Shown here: positions 61,057-64,000 of the stretch, piece after piece
Position numbering within the stretch: the stretch's first letter is position 1
Layout of the letters: every line of letters begins with the position of its first letter
Assembly: GCA_963707635.1 (NCBI GenBank)
Contig: OY970173.1
Span: 1,984,001 to 2,048,000 of the forward strand
Direction of reading: 5' to 3'
DNA: 64,000 bases
Source of the DNA: Candidatus Latescibacterota bacterium
GTDB taxonomy: Bacteria > Krumholzibacteriota > Krumholzibacteriia > WVZY01 > JAKEHA01
Notes under the pieces: generated by a model
What the model was told of the DNA's origin: nothing
Databases searched by the model: none
The model's input: the letters and a program-made list of their open reading frames with translations, nothing else
Program-made: the position numbers and the translations under genes

Positions 61057-64000
61057 CTACTGGCTGGCGACCGGCGTCGACGGCGAAAGAATGTCCTCCA
61101 GAGTGAACGACAGCGAGCCGGCCTCGCTGGCCACGTGCTCGCCGCCCTGGCTGACCGTGACCGCATGCCCGTCGCTCCGGCGCGCGACCTCGATCGTGTA
61201 CCCCATGCCCGGCACGAGATCGAAGAGGTGCTGCAGGCCCTGCAGGTCGAAGCCGACCTCGTAGGTGAAAGCACCCGCCGGCGCGGCCCCGGCCGGGTCC
61301 GAGGAGAACATGACGACGTGCTCCTGCGCCGGGTCCTTGATCACCGCGCCCACCATCTGCCCCTCCTTCGAGCGCACGAGCGTCGTCGCCGCCATCGACG
61401 GGGTGGAAGACGTCGTTCCCAGGAACACGTTGAGGAACTGATAACTCGGCCGCACGGTGGTGTCCTTGAGCTCCATGCGCCAGGTCTGCATGCGGTCCTC
61501 CGTGCTCATCGCCTCTTCGTCCACCCAGCCGATGGACGGCGACTGCGGCAGCAGCACCTTGTGGAACAGGCGGCCCGGGCCGTTGGTGACCGACCACACG
61601 CCGCCCGACTGGGTCGGCTGCGTGTACGGGTAGTGGAACATGCTCAAGACTTCCGACGACGTGAACCCGTTCGAGAGCGAGATCCGGTCGAAGGCGACCA
61701 CATATCCGGGGAGGATGTGCACCAGCTCGCGCTGGAACACGTCGACCATCTTGTCGTCGCCGTGGCTGTACTCGCCGGGGTTCGTCCAGTAGGCGTCGCT
61801 GGCGTCGCCCACCGCGTAGGTGTAGGTCGGCGCTGCCTCGTACTTGACCATCGACCCGGTTCCATCGCCGAAGCGCTGCGACGTGTTCGCCACCACGATG
61901 GTATTGTGGAAATGCGCGGAGCGCGGGAGGCTGCTCGAATACGGCTGCGTGTCGGTCAGCATCCAGCCGTCGACGCCGACCGAGGGGTTGCCGACATAGA
62001 TCGAGAAGTGGTTCTGGTCGCTGTGCTGGTGTCCCTGGACCCGGTCCGTGCACGTAAACGTCACCGACACGGCGTTGTCGGTCCAGTTGGAACGGCTGTT
62101 TACCCAGTCGATCCCCTCCGAGTAGTAGCGCGTGGGCAGCTCCGCATAATTGCGCTCCGGCAGTTCCGGCTGCTCCAGGAAATAGTCGACCGGGATCATC
62201 TCCGAGATCCCGTTCATATAGGTGACGTCGTGGTTGCACCAGTACTGCGCGTACTGGCTCTCGATCGTCCCCTTGAGCCCCTCGGCGAGCAGCAGCATCT
62301 CATGGCGGTCGTACGGGTTGACCGTCAGCGTGGGCTCCTGGGAAGCGTCACCGCCGGTATAGAGCACGCGGTTGTTCGGCTGCGCGGAATACAGCTCGTA
62401 GCGCACGGACTGGCGCGCGAACGGGTGCGACGGGTCGTTGAAATAGTCGACCCCGGCGGTCTCCTTGAGCAGGAGGAACGCCTCGAAAATGTGTCGCTTC
62501 ATGGCGCGCCCGTAATTCTCCCCTTCCAGCCAGCCGCCGCCGTTGCCGGCCCCGTCGAGCGCGGGGAACATCTGCTCGCTGAACTTGGCCTTGAGGAACT
62601 CGTACACGTCGGTGTAGCGGTCCGACGACGCGTCGCGCGAATTCATCAGGTAATACACGTTGTAGGTCGTCCCGTTGTGGACGAATGTCCCCGGGTTCTC
62701 GCCGTAGGTGGCCAGCGCCACGTAGGTCGTGGCCAGCAGGTAGTTGTAGAAGTAGTTCTGGTACGGGTTCGACGTTGCCCAGTCCCCGGTGTCGAAGATC
62801 GCGTTGGCGTCGGGCTGGTCGCTCCAGGTCACGAACAGCATCTTGTTCATGTATCCGATCCACGCCGACTTCTGGGCCGGCGTGAGCAGGTCGTAACACC
62901 AGTCGTAGACCAGGCACACGTTGCGCATGAAGTCGCGCACGTACAGGAACTTGTTGTTGGCGTTTCCGATGCAGGTCGCGCCGCACGCCACCAGCGCGTC
63001 CACCTGCTGGATGGCGGTGGTCGCGTAGGAGGTGTTTCCCGTCACCACGTAGGCGAGGGCGAAGTGCCACGTGTCCGCCTTCCCGGGCTTGTTGTCCACG
63101 AAATCGAAGAACGAGTTCGAAAACGCGGTTGGCGTGCAGTTGGGGATCGGGTTGCCATTGTCGTCCAGGCAGGCGTTGCGCCGCAGCTCCTGCAGGCGGC
63201 CGCCGACCAGCGAGAGGCGCGGGTGACCGGCGGGAATCCCCGTGCTGGCGGTGCCGTTCTTCAGGAACACGGATACGCCCGCGGAGGTGGCGACGTTGCC
63301 GGCGTCGTCGTGCGCACGGGCAGAGATCGTGTAGAAGCCGCTGGGGTACACGTTCGGGTCGACGGTGGTCGAGTACGGCGACTGGACGTCCGGTGAGCCC
63401 AGTGCCGCGCCGTCGAGCAGGAACTCGACCGACGCGACCATGACGTTGTCGCTGGCCGTGGCCGTGACGGTGCTGGTGTGATCGATGGTGGAATTGGCGG
63501 CCGGGGCCGTGAGCGTGACCGTCGGCGGGGTCACATCGCCGGTGGGAGCGCCGCCGAGTTCGTACGCGCCGGCGTCGTGGCGCACGCCCGCCGGTCGCGC
63601 CACCCCGTCGCGGTCCACGGCCGGGGCGGGACGCCCCTGGTAGTTCGGTACCCCGCGATCGATTGCGGCCGAGGCGGTGGCGAGGTGGAGGTTGCGCCCC
63701 GTCGCGTCGACGAAGAGGCCGGTCGACGCCGTGACCTGCAGGTTCGAGGCGCCGTCGACGAGATTGCCCCCGACCTCGTCCACGATGAGCTTGCTCGAGC
63801 TCGAGGCCACGCAAATGTTATTGAAAATCACGTTGCTGGTGGAACCGTCGGTCAGGCGGATGCACGCGATGCGCGGTTCGACCACCGTGTTGTTGACGAT
63901 CAGGTTGTTGCTGCTCGGCTTTCCGCAGGAGGGACCCACCTGGTCGGCGAGATGAATGCCGCCGGCCCCCGCCGAGATGCCGTTGTCGTAGATGACGTTG
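61057..64000 (-). CDS. Multidomain protein: right-handed beta-helix, Ig-like and heparinase II/III-like lyase domains (5' end beyond the window)
   Basis: Frame open to the window edge; IVNNT/IFNNI repeats, SAAIDRG..DAGAYE, DVTPPTV Ig domain, NYFYN, EGENYG, GHQHSDQNHF. Confidence 0.8.
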   Translation of the reverse strand, partial: NVIYDNGISAGAGGIHLADQVGPSCGKPSSNNLIVNNTVVEPRIACIRLTDGSTSNVIFNNICVASSSSKLIVDEVGGNLVDGASNLQVTASTGLFVDATGRNLHLATASAAIDRGVPNYQGRPAPAVDRDGVARPAGVRHDAGAYELGGAPTGDVTPPTVTLTAPAANSTIDHTSTVTATASDNVMVASVEFLLDGAALGSPDVQSPYSTTVDPNVYPSGFYTISARAHDDAGNVATSAGVSVFLKNGTASTGIPAGHPRLSLVGGRLQELRRNACLDDNGNPIPNCTPTAFSNSFFDFVDNKPGKADTWHFALAYVVTGNTSYATTAIQQVDALVACGATCIGNANNKFLYVRDFMRNVCLVYDWCYDLLTPAQKSAWIGYMNKMLFVTWSDQPDANAIFDTGDWATSNPYQNYFYNYLLATTYVALATYGENPGTFVHNGTTYNVYYLMNSRDASSDRYTDVYEFLKAKFSEQMFPALDGAGNGGGWLEGENYGRAMKRHIFEAFLLLKETAGVDYFNDPSHPFARQSVRYELYSAQPNNRVLYTGGDASQEPTLTVNPYDRHEMLLLAEGLKGTIESQYAQYWCNHDVTYMNGISEMIPVDYFLEQPELPERNYAELPTRYYSEGIDWVNSRSNWTDNAVSVTFTCTDRVQGHQHSDQNHFSIYVGNPSVGVDGWMLTDTQPYSSSLPRSAHFHNTIVVANTSQRFGDGTGSMVKYEAAPTYTYAVGDASDAYWTNPGEYSHGDDKMVDVFQRELVHILPGYVVAFDRISLSNGFTSSEVLSMFHYPYTQPTQSGGVWSVTNGPGRLFHKVLLPQSPSIGWVDEEAMSTEDRMQTWRMELKDTTVRPSYQFLNVFLGTTSSTPSMAATTLVRSKEGQMVGAVIKDPAQEHVVMFSSDPAGAAPAGAFTYEVGFDLQGLQHLFDLVPGMGYTIEVARRSDGHAVTVSQGGEHVASEAGSLSFTLEDILSPSTPVASQ

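Overview
High-GC bacterial chromosomal window. FlgD/T9SS-like C-terminal domains, a PorV-family barrel and LptE point to a diderm FCB-group organism such as Ca. Krumholzibacteriota or Latescibacterota; this assignment is inference. A near-consensus dif site at 28720-28747 lies where gene polarity flips from mostly + to entirely -, so the window probably spans the replication terminus. The left half is mostly housekeeping: mutL, miaA, der, plsY, gpsA, metH, surE, pcm, an RpoS-like sigma factor, apt, four tRNAs, and a 1004-aa secreted FlgD-CTD protein. The right half has leuS, holA and lptE, a PAS/GAF kinase with a sigma54 activator, and a ~28-kb surface-glycan locus. That locus holds Wzm/Wzt, CDP-sugar enzymes, glycosyltransferases, a ligase-like protein, deacetylases and a lyase-like protein. 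It also holds an exosortase-EpsI pair flanked by a T9SS-like CTD cargo and a PorV-SPOR fusion. The strongest novelty candidates are (1) this hybrid exosortase/PorV sorting module, apparently under sigma54 control, and (2) the 24.4-24.9 kb intergenic region. The latter appears to encode a sigma54-driven, structurally locked 15-aa peptide and a separate ~130-nt structured RNA with its own promoter and U-tract. No CRISPR array, integrase or transposase was seen. All calls come from reading motifs by eye; no searches were run.
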